Of a stretch of DNA of 64,000 nt, positions 27,756 to 37,718 are shown piece by piece. A program made the position numbers and the translations under genes. The notes under the pieces were generated by a model. The model was given only the letters and a program-made list of their open reading frames with translations, had not been told where the DNA came from and did not search any database. Numbering within the stretch: the stretch's first letter is position 1; the number at the start of each line of letters is the position of its first letter. This DNA is from Actinomycetota bacterium. GTDB taxonomy: Bacteria > Actinomycetota > Acidimicrobiia > Acidimicrobiales > JAJPHE01. Location of the stretch: contig DAHUYE010000098.1 in assembly GCA_027315345.1 (NCBI GenBank), positions 1,775 to 65,774 on the forward strand, in the 5' to 3' direction.

Positions 27756-28804
27756 ACCTCTCCATCATCGGGTGCGGGTTCATCGGGGCGACCCACTCGC
27801 ATGCCCTGCGGGCGTTACGCCGGGCCGGGCACACCGACGCGGTGGTGGCCACCACCTGGGATCTGGATCCGGCCCGGGCCCGCCGCTTCGCCTCCGCCCA
27901 TGTGGGGTGCCGGCCGGCCGCCGATCTGGACGAGGCCCTCGACGGGGTCGACGCGGTGTGGGTCTGCACGCCGACCAGTTCCCACCTGGAGGTGGTGGAG
28001 GCGGCGGCGGCCCGCCGGCTGGCCGTGTTCTGTGAAAAGCCCCTGGCCACCGACCTGGCCGGAGCGGAACGCCTGGCCGGCGTCCTGGAGGCGACCGGGG
28101 TGCCGAGCCAGGTGGGCCTGGTCCTGCGCCATGCCCCCGTCTTCCTCCGGCTCAAGGAGGCGCTGGGCGAGCCCGGCTTCGGCCGGCCTATGGCCGCCGT
28201 GCTGCGGGACGACCAGTTCTTCCCCATCCAGGGCCAGTACGCCTCCACCTGGCGGGCCGACGTGGAGGTGGCCGGGGGCGGGGCGCTCATCGAGCACTCC
28301 ATCCACGATCTGGACGTGCTGGCCTGGTTGCTGGGCGAGGTGGTGGAGGTGGAGGCGGGGACGGCCAACTTTGCCGGCCACCCCGGCATCGAGGATGTGG
28401 CCTCCGCCCGCCTCACCCACCGTTCCGGGGCCGTATCCACCTTGATCAGCCTGTGGCACCGAATCCTGTCCCGGCCGTCGGGGCGGCGGCTGGAGGTGTT
28501 CTGTGAGGACCGCCTGCTCTGGCTGGAAGAGGACCAGGTCGGTCCTCTTCACGTGGAGTGGTCGGACGGGTCGGAACGCCGGGGGCCGGTGCCCGCCTTC
28601 GGCCAGCTGGCTGCCTCCCTGCCAGTGCGGGCCGATTGGCAGGAGTCCCTGGCCGTCTACGCCTCCGCCGACCTGGCCTTCCTGCGGGCGGTGGAGGAGG
28701 GACGCCCTCCGAGCCCGGCCGTGTCCGAGGCCCTGGTGGCCCACCGGCTGGTAGACGCCATCTACCGCTCATCCTCGACGGGTCGAAAGGTCGCGTTGAG
28801 GTGA
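27752..28804 (+). CDS. Gfo/Idh/MocA family oxidoreductase
   Basis: IGCGFIG, CTPT..H, CEKP, GGGALIEHSIHDLD. Confidence 0.88.
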   Translation: MNLSIIGCGFIGATHSHALRALRRAGHTDAVVATTWDLDPARARRFASAHVGCRPAADLDEALDGVDAVWVCTPTSSHLEVVEAAAARRLAVFCEKPLATDLAGAERLAGVLEATGVPSQVGLVLRHAPVFLRLKEALGEPGFGRPMAAVLRDDQFFPIQGQYASTWRADVEVAGGGALIEHSIHDLDVLAWLLGEVVEVEAGTANFAGHPGIEDVASARLTHRSGAVSTLISLWHRILSRPSGRRLEVFCEDRLLWLEEDQVGPLHVEWSDGSERRGPVPAFGQLAASLPVRADWQESLAVYASADLAFLRAVEEGRPPSPAVSEALVAHRLVDAIYRSSSTGRKVALR

Positions 28805-28882
28805 TCCCTCAGGTGCGCGAAGATGATGTCCGGGCGGTGAGGCCGTCCGGTTGTACAGGTCCGGCCCGAGAGGGTGGGGAAG

Positions 28883-29254
28883 ATGCCGCTTTCTGAAGAC
28901 GAAGAACGCATCATCCACGAGATCGAGCAGAGTTTCTATGAGAACGACCCGGACTTCTACAAGCGCGCGTCGGAGGAGACCCTCTACCGCCACGCCGGGC
29001 GTAACTGCAAGTGGGCCCTGGCCGGCTTCGTGGCCGGGCTGGCCGTGCTGGTCGTCTCCTTCGCCTCCTCGGTCTGGTTGGGCTTTCTCGGCTTTCTGAT
29101 CATGCTGAGTTGTGCGGTGGTGTTCGAGTCGAACGCCAGGAAGATGGGACGCGCCGGCTGGCAGGAGGTCTCCGACTCGGTGCGGGCCAAGGGCATCCGG
29201 GACTCGCTGAACGAGACCAAGCGCAAGATGAACGAGCGCTTCAAGCGCAACTGA
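28883..29254 (+). CDS. DUF3040 membrane protein
   Basis: MPLSEDEERIIHEIEQSFYENDPDF followed by two TM helices; typical neighbour of dinB and tgpA. Confidence 0.8.
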   Translation: MPLSEDEERIIHEIEQSFYENDPDFYKRASEETLYRHAGRNCKWALAGFVAGLAVLVVSFASSVWLGFLGFLIMLSCAVVFESNARKMGRAGWQEVSDSVRAKGIRDSLNETKRKMNERFKRN

Positions 29255-29269
29255 GCCCCGACCCGGGAC

Positions 29270-31540
29270 TCACACCCGGCTGAGGCGGCGGGGGTCGAGC
29301 TCCCGGCCCAGGACCCGGAGCCGGCCGGTGCTCCCGACCACGGCCCGTTCCACCTCCGCAGCCCGGCGCTGGGCGGTGGCCGCCCCCCCGGTGTCGGCCT
29401 CCGGACCTCCGTAGGCGGCGGCGGAGGCCTGATCGGCCAGTTGGGCCAGGGCTGTGGCGGCCGAGGGGTCGAGGCCGGCCCCGGCGCCGGCCCGCCCGGC
29501 GTGTTCGGCCAGGGTCTCCTCGGGCCGGCGGGGGTAGCCGGCCAGGTCCAGCCATCCGTTGGCCTCCCGCCAGGCCACCAGGATGCGATCGGAGTCGTCG
29601 GCCGCCTCCCGGCGCCGGGCCAGACGCCGGTAGCGGCGCACGGCGGGCACGCCCACCACCCACAACAGGGTCAGGGCCAGGATCACCAGGGAAGTGATCA
29701 GAACGGGCCCGGGGTGCCCGGACCGGCTCGGACCGGGCGGGGGACCGCTCGACTCCCTCAGGTTCAGGCGGTGACGGGCCGGAGGCGGGGCTGCCGCCGC
29801 CGGCGAAGGTACCGTCCCCGGGACAGCCTCCGTTCCCCCACCCGCCGGCTGGGCCTGGGCCGGCGCCACCCCGGTGTAGGAGGTGGCGGAGGGATTTCCC
29901 CGGCCCGGGGTGGGCTCGAACGGCACCCAGCCGTACCGGCCGAGCAGAACCTCGGGCCAGGCGTGGGCGTCGGCCCCCAGCACGTGCCAGACCCCGTTCT
30001 CCATCTGGCCCGGGGTGAAGCCGACGGCCACCCGGGTCGGCAGGCCGACCGCCCGGGCCATTACCGCGTAGGCGCCGGCGAACTGCTCGCAATAGCCCGT
30101 CCTGGTCTGGAAAAGGAACGTCTGGATGGCGCTGTCGGAGTGACCGGCCTGGACGTCGAGGCTGTAGTGGTAGTTGTCCCGCAGGTAGTTCTGCAGATCG
30201 AGGGCGGCATCGAACGGGCTGGCCGCCCCGGCCGTGACCCTCCGGGCCAGGGCGATCACGTCGGCGGGAACGCCGGCGGGCAGGGCGGTGTAGCGGCTGT
30301 CGGCGGCGGGGTCATTCCGGGCCGAGCGCAGTTCGGCCGGGCTGAAGCTGGGGGTCTCCGACACCACCGAGTAGGTCTCCCCGTCGCTGGTGGCCGATCG
30401 ACTGATGAGGCTCTGGGAGAGGGGGTCCCAACTGGCCCCGGTACCCCCGCTGATACGGGTCGGTATGTAGGCGGCCGGCAGCCAGATGCTCCCCAGGTTC
30501 TCGATGCCGTAGGTCTGGGCCACCGACTTCCCGCCGGTGGCGGGCAGGCTGCCGGGCAGGGATCCGGAGGCCGGGCTGTAGGACTCGTTCGAGGACCAGA
30601 TGTTGCCGTCGAAATGATCCAGTGACGTGAGGCGCCAGTAGGCGGCGGTATTCGAGCGCACCGTGAACAGTTCGGTGTCGGATTGGTTGACCAGGCGCGA
30701 CCGGATGTCGACCAGAGGCGAGATGGTGGTGCGCTCCGAGGCCGCCGAGCCGACGCGGTGACGGAAGCTGACCAGTCCGGCCGACCCGGCTCCGGGCAGA
30801 CGGGGCCCGATGAGGGCGCTTCCCACTGCTACCGAGACGACCAAGGCGGCCCCGGCCCGGGAGACCACCGGCCGCCGGCCGTCCCCGCCGCTGAACCACG
30901 CTCCGCCCATGGACTTCCGGCTGGCTTCATGGACGGCCACGTAGGCGGCCAGCAGGGCCACGAAGATCCCGCTCCAGGCCGGCCCGGGCGGTTTGTCCGC
31001 CAGCACCGAGACGAAAACGAGGATGGCCAGGCCGGGAACCACCGCCTCGAGCAGCGTCTGGAGCCGAAAGGCGGCCCAATCGGCCAGCACACCGATGACG
31101 CCGGCGCCGGCTCCTGCCACCAGCAGGAAGCCGGGCAGGGCCGGCACCGGCGCGCTCAGAACGGAAAAGGCGGCCCGGGCCCCGGCCAGGTCATGGCCCA
31201 GCCGCCCGAAGGTGTGCAGGGAGGGCAGGCCGTACCAGGTGCTGGCCCCCAGCACCGACCAGATCAGCACCAGCAGGACGGCCACTCCGGCCAGGGGACC
31301 CGCCATCCAGAGGGACAGCCGGGCTCGGCGGCCGGCCCAGCTGACGGCGTGGGCGGCGGCGGCGCTGCCCAGGACGGGTATGACCCAGCCCGAACCCTGG
31401 AAGAGCCGGCCCATTCCGGCCGCGGCCATGAGGTCGAAGGCGACCAGGGCGGCCGCCGCCGGCGCCGAGGCCCACGCCGCCGGGCCCACGTCGGGCGGGC
31501 GGCCGCTCCGTCCCAGTGCCCGGGGGCGTTCCGGACTCAA
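29270..31540 (-). CDS. Membrane transglutaminase-like protein (TgpA/DUF3488-DUF4129 type)
   Basis: Multi-TM N-terminus; GYCEQFA, PTRVAVGFTPG, HAWPEV, FEPTP. Confidence 0.88.
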   Translation of the reverse strand: MSPERPRALGRSGRPPDVGPAAWASAPAAAALVAFDLMAAAGMGRLFQGSGWVIPVLGSAAAAHAVSWAGRRARLSLWMAGPLAGVAVLLVLIWSVLGASTWYGLPSLHTFGRLGHDLAGARAAFSVLSAPVPALPGFLLVAGAGAGVIGVLADWAAFRLQTLLEAVVPGLAILVFVSVLADKPPGPAWSGIFVALLAAYVAVHEASRKSMGGAWFSGGDGRRPVVSRAGAALVVSVAVGSALIGPRLPGAGSAGLVSFRHRVGSAASERTTISPLVDIRSRLVNQSDTELFTVRSNTAAYWRLTSLDHFDGNIWSSNESYSPASGSLPGSLPATGGKSVAQTYGIENLGSIWLPAAYIPTRISGGTGASWDPLSQSLISRSATSDGETYSVVSETPSFSPAELRSARNDPAADSRYTALPAGVPADVIALARRVTAGAASPFDAALDLQNYLRDNYHYSLDVQAGHSDSAIQTFLFQTRTGYCEQFAGAYAVMARAVGLPTRVAVGFTPGQMENGVWHVLGADAHAWPEVLLGRYGWVPFEPTPGRGNPSATSYTGVAPAQAQPAGGGTEAVPGTVPSPAAAAPPPARHRLNLRESSGPPPGPSRSGHPGPVLITSLVILALTLLWVVGVPAVRRYRRLARRREAADDSDRILVAWREANGWLDLAGYPRRPEETLAEHAGRAGAGAGLDPSAATALAQLADQASAAAYGGPEADTGGAATAQRRAAEVERAVVGSTGRLRVLGRELDPRRLSRV

Positions 31541-32829
31541 TCCACCGGCTCCAGCCGGCTCAGGGACCGCCGGCCCGACCGCGGCCGGCTGGAGGTCAGG
31601 ACCGGATCGGCGGCCCAGGCGTCGGCCAGGGACCGCGAGTGGGAGACGGTCAGCACCCGGAACACCCCGGCCGGGCCGGGGGCGCCCCCGCCCGGGCCGG
31701 CGGCGGGTCCCGGCCGGGGCGCCCGTCCGGCCGGGTCATCGGCCGCGGTGCCGTCTCCGGCTTCGGCCCGGCGTTCGATGACGACCAGCACCACCAGCCC
31801 GGCCCGGGCCCGCAGGCGCGCCACGGCGGCCCGCTCGGCCGGGCTGGTGGCTGAGGTGGTGATGACGGCCACGCTGGCCCCGGCCCCGTGGGGCCGCCGG
31901 GTGGACAGCAGGGCGGCCAGGCTGGCCGGCCCGCTCGGCTCCACCGCGGCCAGAGACGCCAGCGCGGCCTCCCGGTGGTCGGCGCCGGTGGCGAAGCCGG
32001 AGTCGAGGCCAGACGGGGTCACCAGCCTGGTGATGGCCCCGGCCCGCTGTGACCCGGACAGGATGCTGGCTGCGGCCGACACGGCCAGCTCGAAGGATTT
32101 CGCGTCGTGGACCTGGCGGCGGGTGTCGAGGACGACCGTGGTGCGGTGCTGCCAGGGCAGCTCGACTTGGCGGATCATCAGCTCATCGCTGCGGGCGGTG
32201 CTGGGCCAGTGCACCCGGCGCAGGTCGTCACCCACTTCATAGGGGCGCAGGGCGAAGAAGTCCTCGCCCTGGCTGCGGGCCGTCCGGGTGACAGTCCCGT
32301 CGTGGGGATCATGGCCCTGGGCCGGGGGCATGCCGGGGATGACCTCGATGCGGGGATAGACCAGGACCGACCCGGCCGCCCCGCCCTGGCGCTGGGCCCG
32401 GGCCAGGCCGAAGGGATCTTCCAGACGCAGCGTCAGCGGACCCAACGTGTACCGGCCCCGGCGCCCGGTGGGGACCTGGTAGGCGGCCCGACCCGACTGG
32501 CCGGGGCCCAGTTCCGGCACGGCAAACTCCGCCATCGCTCCGGATGCTCCGAACGGCTCCTCCGCCCTCAGTGACGGAACGCGCCGTTCGCTGGTGTTGG
32601 TCAGCTCCAGATCGACCCGGCACGAGGCGTCCAGGTTCACCCGGGAAGGGCTGACCCGCCGGCGGGCGGTCAGGGGGAACGGGACGACGCGGACGTAGGC
32701 GAAGGCCCCTCCCACCGCCAGCCCGCCGGCGGCGGCCAGCACGTAGAGGTCGGCCAGGCCCAGTATCCGGCCCACCAGGGCCAGGGCGAGGGCGCCGACC
32801 AGCAGGAGGACCCCCCTCCGGGTCAGCAT
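31537..32829 (-). CDS. DUF58 protein
   Basis: RRGRYTLGP, DPFGL, LRPYEVGDDLRRVHWPSTAR, FELAVSAAAS. Confidence 0.88.
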   Translation of the reverse strand: MLTRRGVLLLVGALALALVGRILGLADLYVLAAAGGLAVGGAFAYVRVVPFPLTARRRVSPSRVNLDASCRVDLELTNTSERRVPSLRAEEPFGASGAMAEFAVPELGPGQSGRAAYQVPTGRRGRYTLGPLTLRLEDPFGLARAQRQGGAAGSVLVYPRIEVIPGMPPAQGHDPHDGTVTRTARSQGEDFFALRPYEVGDDLRRVHWPSTARSDELMIRQVELPWQHRTTVVLDTRRQVHDAKSFELAVSAAASILSGSQRAGAITRLVTPSGLDSGFATGADHREAALASLAAVEPSGPASLAALLSTRRPHGAGASVAVITTSATSPAERAAVARLRARAGLVVLVVIERRAEAGDGTAADDPAGRAPRPGPAAGPGGGAPGPAGVFRVLTVSHSRSLADAWAADPVLTSSRPRSGRRSLSRLEPVD

Positions 32830-32835
32830 CTTCTT

Positions 32836-33819
32836 TTACCGCGTGCCGGCCCGGCCGGCGGGCACGGGCACGGCCGCCACCACCGCGGCCAGGACCTCGG
32901 AGACGGCGGTGCCGGACATCTCGGCCTCGGCCGAGAGGCTGATGCGATGGGACAGGACCGGCCCGGCCAGCGCTTTCACGTCATCGGGGACGACGTAGTC
33001 ACGCCCCAGCGATGCGGCTCGGGCCCGGGCCGCCCGTTGCAGGGCGAGGGAGGCCCTCGGTGACATGCCCAGCGCCACCAACGGATGGCGCCGGCTGGCC
33101 GTGGCCAGGTCGACTATGTAGCCCTTGATCACCGATGCCACATGCACCTCGCGGGCCACCGCCATCATCTCCTCGACATCGCGGGCGCTGGCCACCGGGC
33201 CGATCTCGTGGACCGGGTCAACCTTGGCATGGGTCTCCAGGATGGAGATCTCCGCCGCCCGGGCGGGATAGCCCATGTCGATACGCATCAGGAAGCGGTC
33301 CAGCTGGCTGTCGGGCAGCGGGTAGGTCCCCTGGTGCTCGATCGGATTCTGGGTGGCGATGACCATGAACGGCGCCGGCAGCTCATAGGTGGTGGTGTCC
33401 ACCGTCACCTGCCGCTCCTCCATGGCCTCCAGCAGGGCTGATTGAGTGCGCGGCGACGCCCGGTTGATCTCATCGGCCAGGACGATCTCGGCGAAGACCC
33501 CCCCGGGTCGGAACTCGAAGGCCCCGGTGGCCCGGTTGAACACGTTGACCCCGGTCACGTCGGAGGGGAGCAGATCGGGCGTGAACTGAATCCGGTGCCA
33601 CTCACACTCCAGGGAGGCGGCCAGGGCCTTGGCCAGGCTGGTCTTGCCCACGCCGGGGACGTCCTCGATGAGCAGATGGCCTTCGGCCAGCAGGCACAGC
33701 AGGGCCAGCTGGACGACGTCATCCTTGCCTTGCACCACCTGGGCGATGTTGGCGGCCACCGTTTCGAAAAGCTCGGCGAAGCCCGAGATGTCACTGCTGA
33801 AGGCGGGCTGTCGGGCCAC
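32836..33819 (-). CDS. moxR: MoxR family AAA+ ATPase
   Basis: EDVPGVGKT, RIQFTPDLLPSD, DEINRASPRTQSALLEAMEE, TQNPIE, QLDRF. Confidence 0.93.
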   Translation of the reverse strand: MARQPAFSSDISGFAELFETVAANIAQVVQGKDDVVQLALLCLLAEGHLLIEDVPGVGKTSLAKALAASLECEWHRIQFTPDLLPSDVTGVNVFNRATGAFEFRPGGVFAEIVLADEINRASPRTQSALLEAMEERQVTVDTTTYELPAPFMVIATQNPIEHQGTYPLPDSQLDRFLMRIDMGYPARAAEISILETHAKVDPVHEIGPVASARDVEEMMAVAREVHVASVIKGYIVDLATASRRHPLVALGMSPRASLALQRAARARAASLGRDYVVPDDVKALAGPVLSHRISLSAEAEMSGTAVSEVLAAVVAAVPVPAGRAGTR

Positions 33820-33887
33820 CGGCTCTCCCTGGGGAACGCGAACGCGCCCGGCGGGGTTGGACGCGCCACAGTTATAGCGTCCCGCCG

Positions 33888-34745
33888 GTGACCGACCTCC
33901 CTGTCTGCCTGGCCGTGGATGTGGGCGGAACCAAGCTGGCGGCCGGTCTGGTTGACGCCGGAGGCCGGGTGCTGGATTGGGACCGGGTCCCCACCCCCGC
34001 CGGCGGGCAGGACGAGGTCTTCTCGGCGCTGACGGGGCTGATCGACGCCGTGCGACAGCGGGCCCCGGGGCGGGTCGACCGCTGTGGGGTCGGCTCGGGG
34101 GGCCCGATGACCAGGGGCGGGGAGACCGTGTCGCCCATCAACATCCCCGGTTGGAGGGACTTTCCACTGCGTGCCCGCCTGGCCGAGTGGACCGGCCTGC
34201 CGGTGGTGGTGGACAACGACGCCAAGGCCCTGGCCCTGGCCGAGGGCTGGCAGGGAGCGGCGGCGGGGGAGACGGACTTCCTTGCCATGGTGGTGTCGAC
34301 CGGGGTGGGGGGTGGCATCGTCTCCGAGGGCCGGCTCATCGACGGGGCTACCGGCAATGCCGGCCACATCGGGCATCTCATCGTCGAGCCCGAGGGCCGG
34401 TCGTGCGGCTGCGGGGGGCGGGGCTGTCTGGAGGCCGAGGCGTCGGGCACGGCCATCGCCGAGGTGACCGGGGCTGCGCCCGCCGAGGCCGGGCCGGCCG
34501 TGGTCGAACGTACCGGCCGCCTGGTCGGCCGGGCGGTGGCCTCGGTGGCCAACCTCCTTGACCTCCGCCTGGCCGTGATCGGGGGCTCGGTGGCCCTCGG
34601 CTTCGGCGCCCCCTTCTTCACCGCCGCCCAGGCCGAACTGGACGAGCGGGCCCGCCTGGACTACTCGGCTGGAGCCCGGGTGGTCCCCACCGGCCTCGGC
34701 CCCACCGGGGGCCTGATCGGGGCGGCCGCCCTGGCCTTCCGTTGA
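33888..34745 (+). CDS. ROK family sugar kinase
   Basis: DVGGTK, DNDAKA, STGVGGG, GHIGH, CGCGGRGCLE. Confidence 0.9.
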   Translation: MTDLPVCLAVDVGGTKLAAGLVDAGGRVLDWDRVPTPAGGQDEVFSALTGLIDAVRQRAPGRVDRCGVGSGGPMTRGGETVSPINIPGWRDFPLRARLAEWTGLPVVVDNDAKALALAEGWQGAAAGETDFLAMVVSTGVGGGIVSEGRLIDGATGNAGHIGHLIVEPEGRSCGCGGRGCLEAEASGTAIAEVTGAAPAEAGPAVVERTGRLVGRAVASVANLLDLRLAVIGGSVALGFGAPFFTAAQAELDERARLDYSAGARVVPTGLGPTGGLIGAAALAFR

Positions 34746-35032
34746 GCGCCCCCCGGATCCGTCGCCTGGCCCACCTGGCCGCGGCGGCGGCGGCGGTGGG
34801 GCCCCGCCCCCGGCTGTGGGCGGCTGGTCTGGCCGCCCTGGCGCGGCTGGCCCCCCGGGGGTGGTGGCGGCGGTGGCCGCCGTTGCCGCTTCCCGACGCC
34901 GATTACCTGGCCTTCCGGATGGAGACGGCCTACGGGGACCCCTCCGCCCTGCCTCCCCCCGCCGACGTGGTCGCCTACCTGGAATGGTGCCGCGCCCAGG
35001 GGGGTCCCGGGCGATACCGTGGGGTCCGATGA
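34742..35032 (+). CDS. Small conserved hypothetical protein
   Basis: TTGA-coupled to the ROK gene; WWRRWPPLPLP..YLAFRMETAYG..DVVAYLEWC looks like a real folded protein. Confidence 0.65.
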   Translation: MSAPRIRRLAHLAAAAAAVGPRPRLWAAGLAALARLAPRGWWRRWPPLPLPDADYLAFRMETAYGDPSALPPPADVVAYLEWCRAQGGPGRYRGVR

Positions 35033-35056
35033 AGCTCCCACCAGGAGATTGATCCG

Positions 35057-35575
35057 GTGTCGCGCTCGTTGGTCCTCAACGCCACCTATGAGCCGCTGTG
35101 CGTAGTCGCCTCACGGCGCGCCCTGGTCCTGGTGCTGGCCGAGCGGGCCGAGATGCTCCACCCGGGGGAAGGTCTGTACCGCTCCGAGCGGTCCATGTTC
35201 CCCGAGCCGTCGGTGGTCCGTCTGTGCCGATACGTGAAGGTGCCGTATCAGACCCGGGTGGCCCTCAACCGGGGCGCCGTCTTCGCCCGCGACGGCCACC
35301 GTTGCCAGTACTGCGGGGCGGCGGCGGAGAACATCGACCATGTGGTGCCCCGCAGCCGGGGCGGTCCACACACCTGGGAGAACGTGGTGGCCGCCTGTCG
35401 CTCGTGCAATTCGCGCAAGGAGGACCGCACTCCCCACGAGGCCGGTTTCGTGCTGCGCAGCACCCCTTCCCAGCCGCGCCAGCGGATGTGGGCTCTGATG
35501 GCCGGCGGGTCGGTCCGGCCCGACTGGGAGCAGTATCTCGGCTCCGCCCCGGTGGCGGCTGCCCTCTCGGCCTAG
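35057..35575 (+). CDS. HNH endonuclease family protein
   Basis: LVLNATYEPL, RDGHRCQYCG, IDHVVPRSRGG, WENVVAACRSCNSRK. Confidence 0.9.
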   Translation: MSRSLVLNATYEPLCVVASRRALVLVLAERAEMLHPGEGLYRSERSMFPEPSVVRLCRYVKVPYQTRVALNRGAVFARDGHRCQYCGAAAENIDHVVPRSRGGPHTWENVVAACRSCNSRKEDRTPHEAGFVLRSTPSQPRQRMWALMAGGSVRPDWEQYLGSAPVAAALSA

Positions 35576-35594
35576 CCCTTCTGCTGGCTCCGGG

Positions 35595-36266
35595 TTGAGC
35601 ACCCCCTGGGAGTTCCTCGAGTTGTCCGGCACCGCCGGTGAGATCCACCAGTGGCAGCCGGACGGCTTCGCCCGGCGGGTGAATCTGTGCCGGCCCGCGG
35701 CTCCGGCCCTGGTGCTGGGCAGCACCCAGCCCGAGTCGTCCATCGATGCCGGCCGGGCCGCCGACCTGGGCCTGGAGGTGGTGCGACGCCGCAGCGGCGG
35801 GGGGGCGGTGCTGGTGCGGCCCCGGGCCGTGCTGTGGGTGACCGTCGAGGTGCCCGCCGGGGACGCCCTCTGGCAAAACGACCTGGGCCGGTCCTTCGCC
35901 TGGCTGGGCCAGGCCTGGGTCCGGGCCCTGAGCGCGGCCGGCGCCGAGGACCCGGTTGCCCACTCCGGCCCACCGGTGCGCACCGAGTGGTCCTCGACCC
36001 TGTGCTTCGCGGGGATGGGGGCGGGGGAGGTCACGGTGGCCGGGCGCAAGGCCGTGGGCCTGGCCCAGCGGCGGAGCCGGGAGGGGGCCACCTTCCACTG
36101 CGCCGCCCTGCTGGAGTGGGACCCGGAGGAGATGGCCTCGTTGGCCGTGGGGGCCCCGGATTGGCTGGCCGAGGCGCTGGCCAACTTCGCCGGGCCGTGT
36201 GGAGTGGCCGGAGGGGCCCTCCTGGGGGAGTTCCGCCAGGTGCTGGCTACGCTGCGCCCGGACTGA
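35595..36266 (+). CDS. Lipoate-protein ligase/octanoyltransferase catalytic-domain protein
   Basis: LVLGSTQ, VVRRRSGGGAVL, LCF, GRKAVGLAQRR. Confidence 0.8.
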   Translation: MSTPWEFLELSGTAGEIHQWQPDGFARRVNLCRPAAPALVLGSTQPESSIDAGRAADLGLEVVRRRSGGGAVLVRPRAVLWVTVEVPAGDALWQNDLGRSFAWLGQAWVRALSAAGAEDPVAHSGPPVRTEWSSTLCFAGMGAGEVTVAGRKAVGLAQRRSREGATFHCAALLEWDPEEMASLAVGAPDWLAEALANFAGPCGVAGGALLGEFRQVLATLRPD

Positions 36267-36280
36267 GCCAGGGGGGCGTC

Positions 36281-37669
36281 ATGAAGTTCGGCATCTTCTA
36301 CGAGCACCAGCTGCCCCGGCCGTGGGAGGAGGACTCCGAGTACCGGCTCCTCCAGAACGCTCTCGAGCAGTGCGAGCTGGCCGACCGGCTGGGCATCGAA
36401 TACGTCTGGGAGGTCGAGCACCACTTCCTGGAGGAGTACAGCCACTCTTCCGCCCCCGAGGTCTTCCTGGGGGCGGTCTCCCAGCGGACCAAGCGGATGA
36501 AGCTCGGCCACGGGATCGTCCAGACCCCGCCCCCGTTCAACCACCCGGCCCGCATAGCCGAGCGGGTCTCGACCCTGGATCTCATCTCCGATGGCCGGGC
36601 CCAGTTCGGCACCGGGGAGGCGGGCTCCGAGGCGGAGCTGGGCGGCTTCCTCATCGACCCGGCCGAGAAGCGCGCCATGTGGGAGGAGGGCCTGCGGGTG
36701 GCCGTGCGCTGCATGACCGAGGCCCCCTTTACCGGCCACGACGGGCGCTACGTCACCATGCCGCCCCGCAACGTGGTGCCCAAGCCCCGCCAGAAGCCCC
36801 ATCCGCCCATCTGGGTGGCCTGCAGCCGGCGCGACACCATCCACCTGGCCGCCCAGAAGGGGATCGGGGCCCTCACCTTCTCCTTCATCGACCCTGAAGA
36901 GGCCGTTCACTGGGTCACCGACTACTACCAGACCCTCGAGAGCGAGGGCGTGCCCATCGGTGACGCCGTCAACCCCAATCTGGCCTGCGTGTCGACGTTC
37001 ATGTGCGCGCCGACGGAGGAGGAGGCCATCGCCCGGGGCGTCGAGGGGGCCAACTTCTTCGGCTACTCGCTGGCCCACTACTACCTCTTCGGCCAGCACC
37101 ACCCCGGGACCACCGACGTGTGGTCCGAGTTCCAGGCCCGCCGGGGGGAGCGGGGCTATGACCCCGATGCCATCCGTCAGGCCTCGGCCCATCCCGAGCG
37201 ATTGGGGGCCAAGGTGGTGGAGCGAGGTAGCACCGGGCTACGCGGGACCATCGGGACGCCGGAGCAGATCCGCAGCTTTCTCCTGCGTTTCGAGGAGGCC
37301 GGCGTGGACCAGGTCATCTTCGTGTCCCAGGCCGGACGCAACCGCCACGAGCACATCATGGAGAGCCTGGAACTCTTCGGCCGGGACGTCCTGCCCGAGT
37401 TCATGGAACGCGACGAGGCCGCCCAGAAGGCCAAGGCGGCCCGGCTGGCCCCGGTCATCGACAAGGTCATGGCCCGCAAGCCGGCCTCGGACCATCCGCC
37501 CCTTCCCTCCGAGGGCTACAGCTTTCCGGCCCTGCCCCGGGCGGCGGCGGAGCGGGCCGGGGCCGATGAGTTCCTCTCGGCCATCGATGACATAGCCACC
37601 CAGCGGGCCCAGGGCCGCCCGGCCCAGCCGGGAGGCCGGTTCGGAGGCATCCTGAGCGGGGGCAACTGA
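36281..37669 (+). CDS. LLM class flavin-dependent oxidoreductase
   Basis: MKFGIFYEHQLPRPW, WEVEHHF, ERVSTLDLISDGR, PKPRQKPHPPIW. True start ATG 36281. Confidence 0.9.
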   Translation: MKFGIFYEHQLPRPWEEDSEYRLLQNALEQCELADRLGIEYVWEVEHHFLEEYSHSSAPEVFLGAVSQRTKRMKLGHGIVQTPPPFNHPARIAERVSTLDLISDGRAQFGTGEAGSEAELGGFLIDPAEKRAMWEEGLRVAVRCMTEAPFTGHDGRYVTMPPRNVVPKPRQKPHPPIWVACSRRDTIHLAAQKGIGALTFSFIDPEEAVHWVTDYYQTLESEGVPIGDAVNPNLACVSTFMCAPTEEEAIARGVEGANFFGYSLAHYYLFGQHHPGTTDVWSEFQARRGERGYDPDAIRQASAHPERLGAKVVERGSTGLRGTIGTPEQIRSFLLRFEEAGVDQVIFVSQAGRNRHEHIMESLELFGRDVLPEFMERDEAAQKAKAARLAPVIDKVMARKPASDHPPLPSEGYSFPALPRAAAERAGADEFLSAIDDIATQRAQGRPAQPGGRFGGILSGGN

Positions 37670-37718
37670 GCCGGGGGCAATCAACCAGTCAAGGGTCGCG
37701 TCACTTAATCTCTTGGGC

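Noticed and set aside
29270-33819. MoxR-DUF58-transglutaminase triad as a novel system
   Set aside because: Well-known, widespread module that commonly lies near dinB, DUF3040 and mraZ in actinobacteria.
35057-35575. HNH nuclease as a defence system or mobile element
   Set aside because: Standalone conserved actinobacterial HNH type, with no partner methylase, ATPase, repeats or mobility genes nearby.
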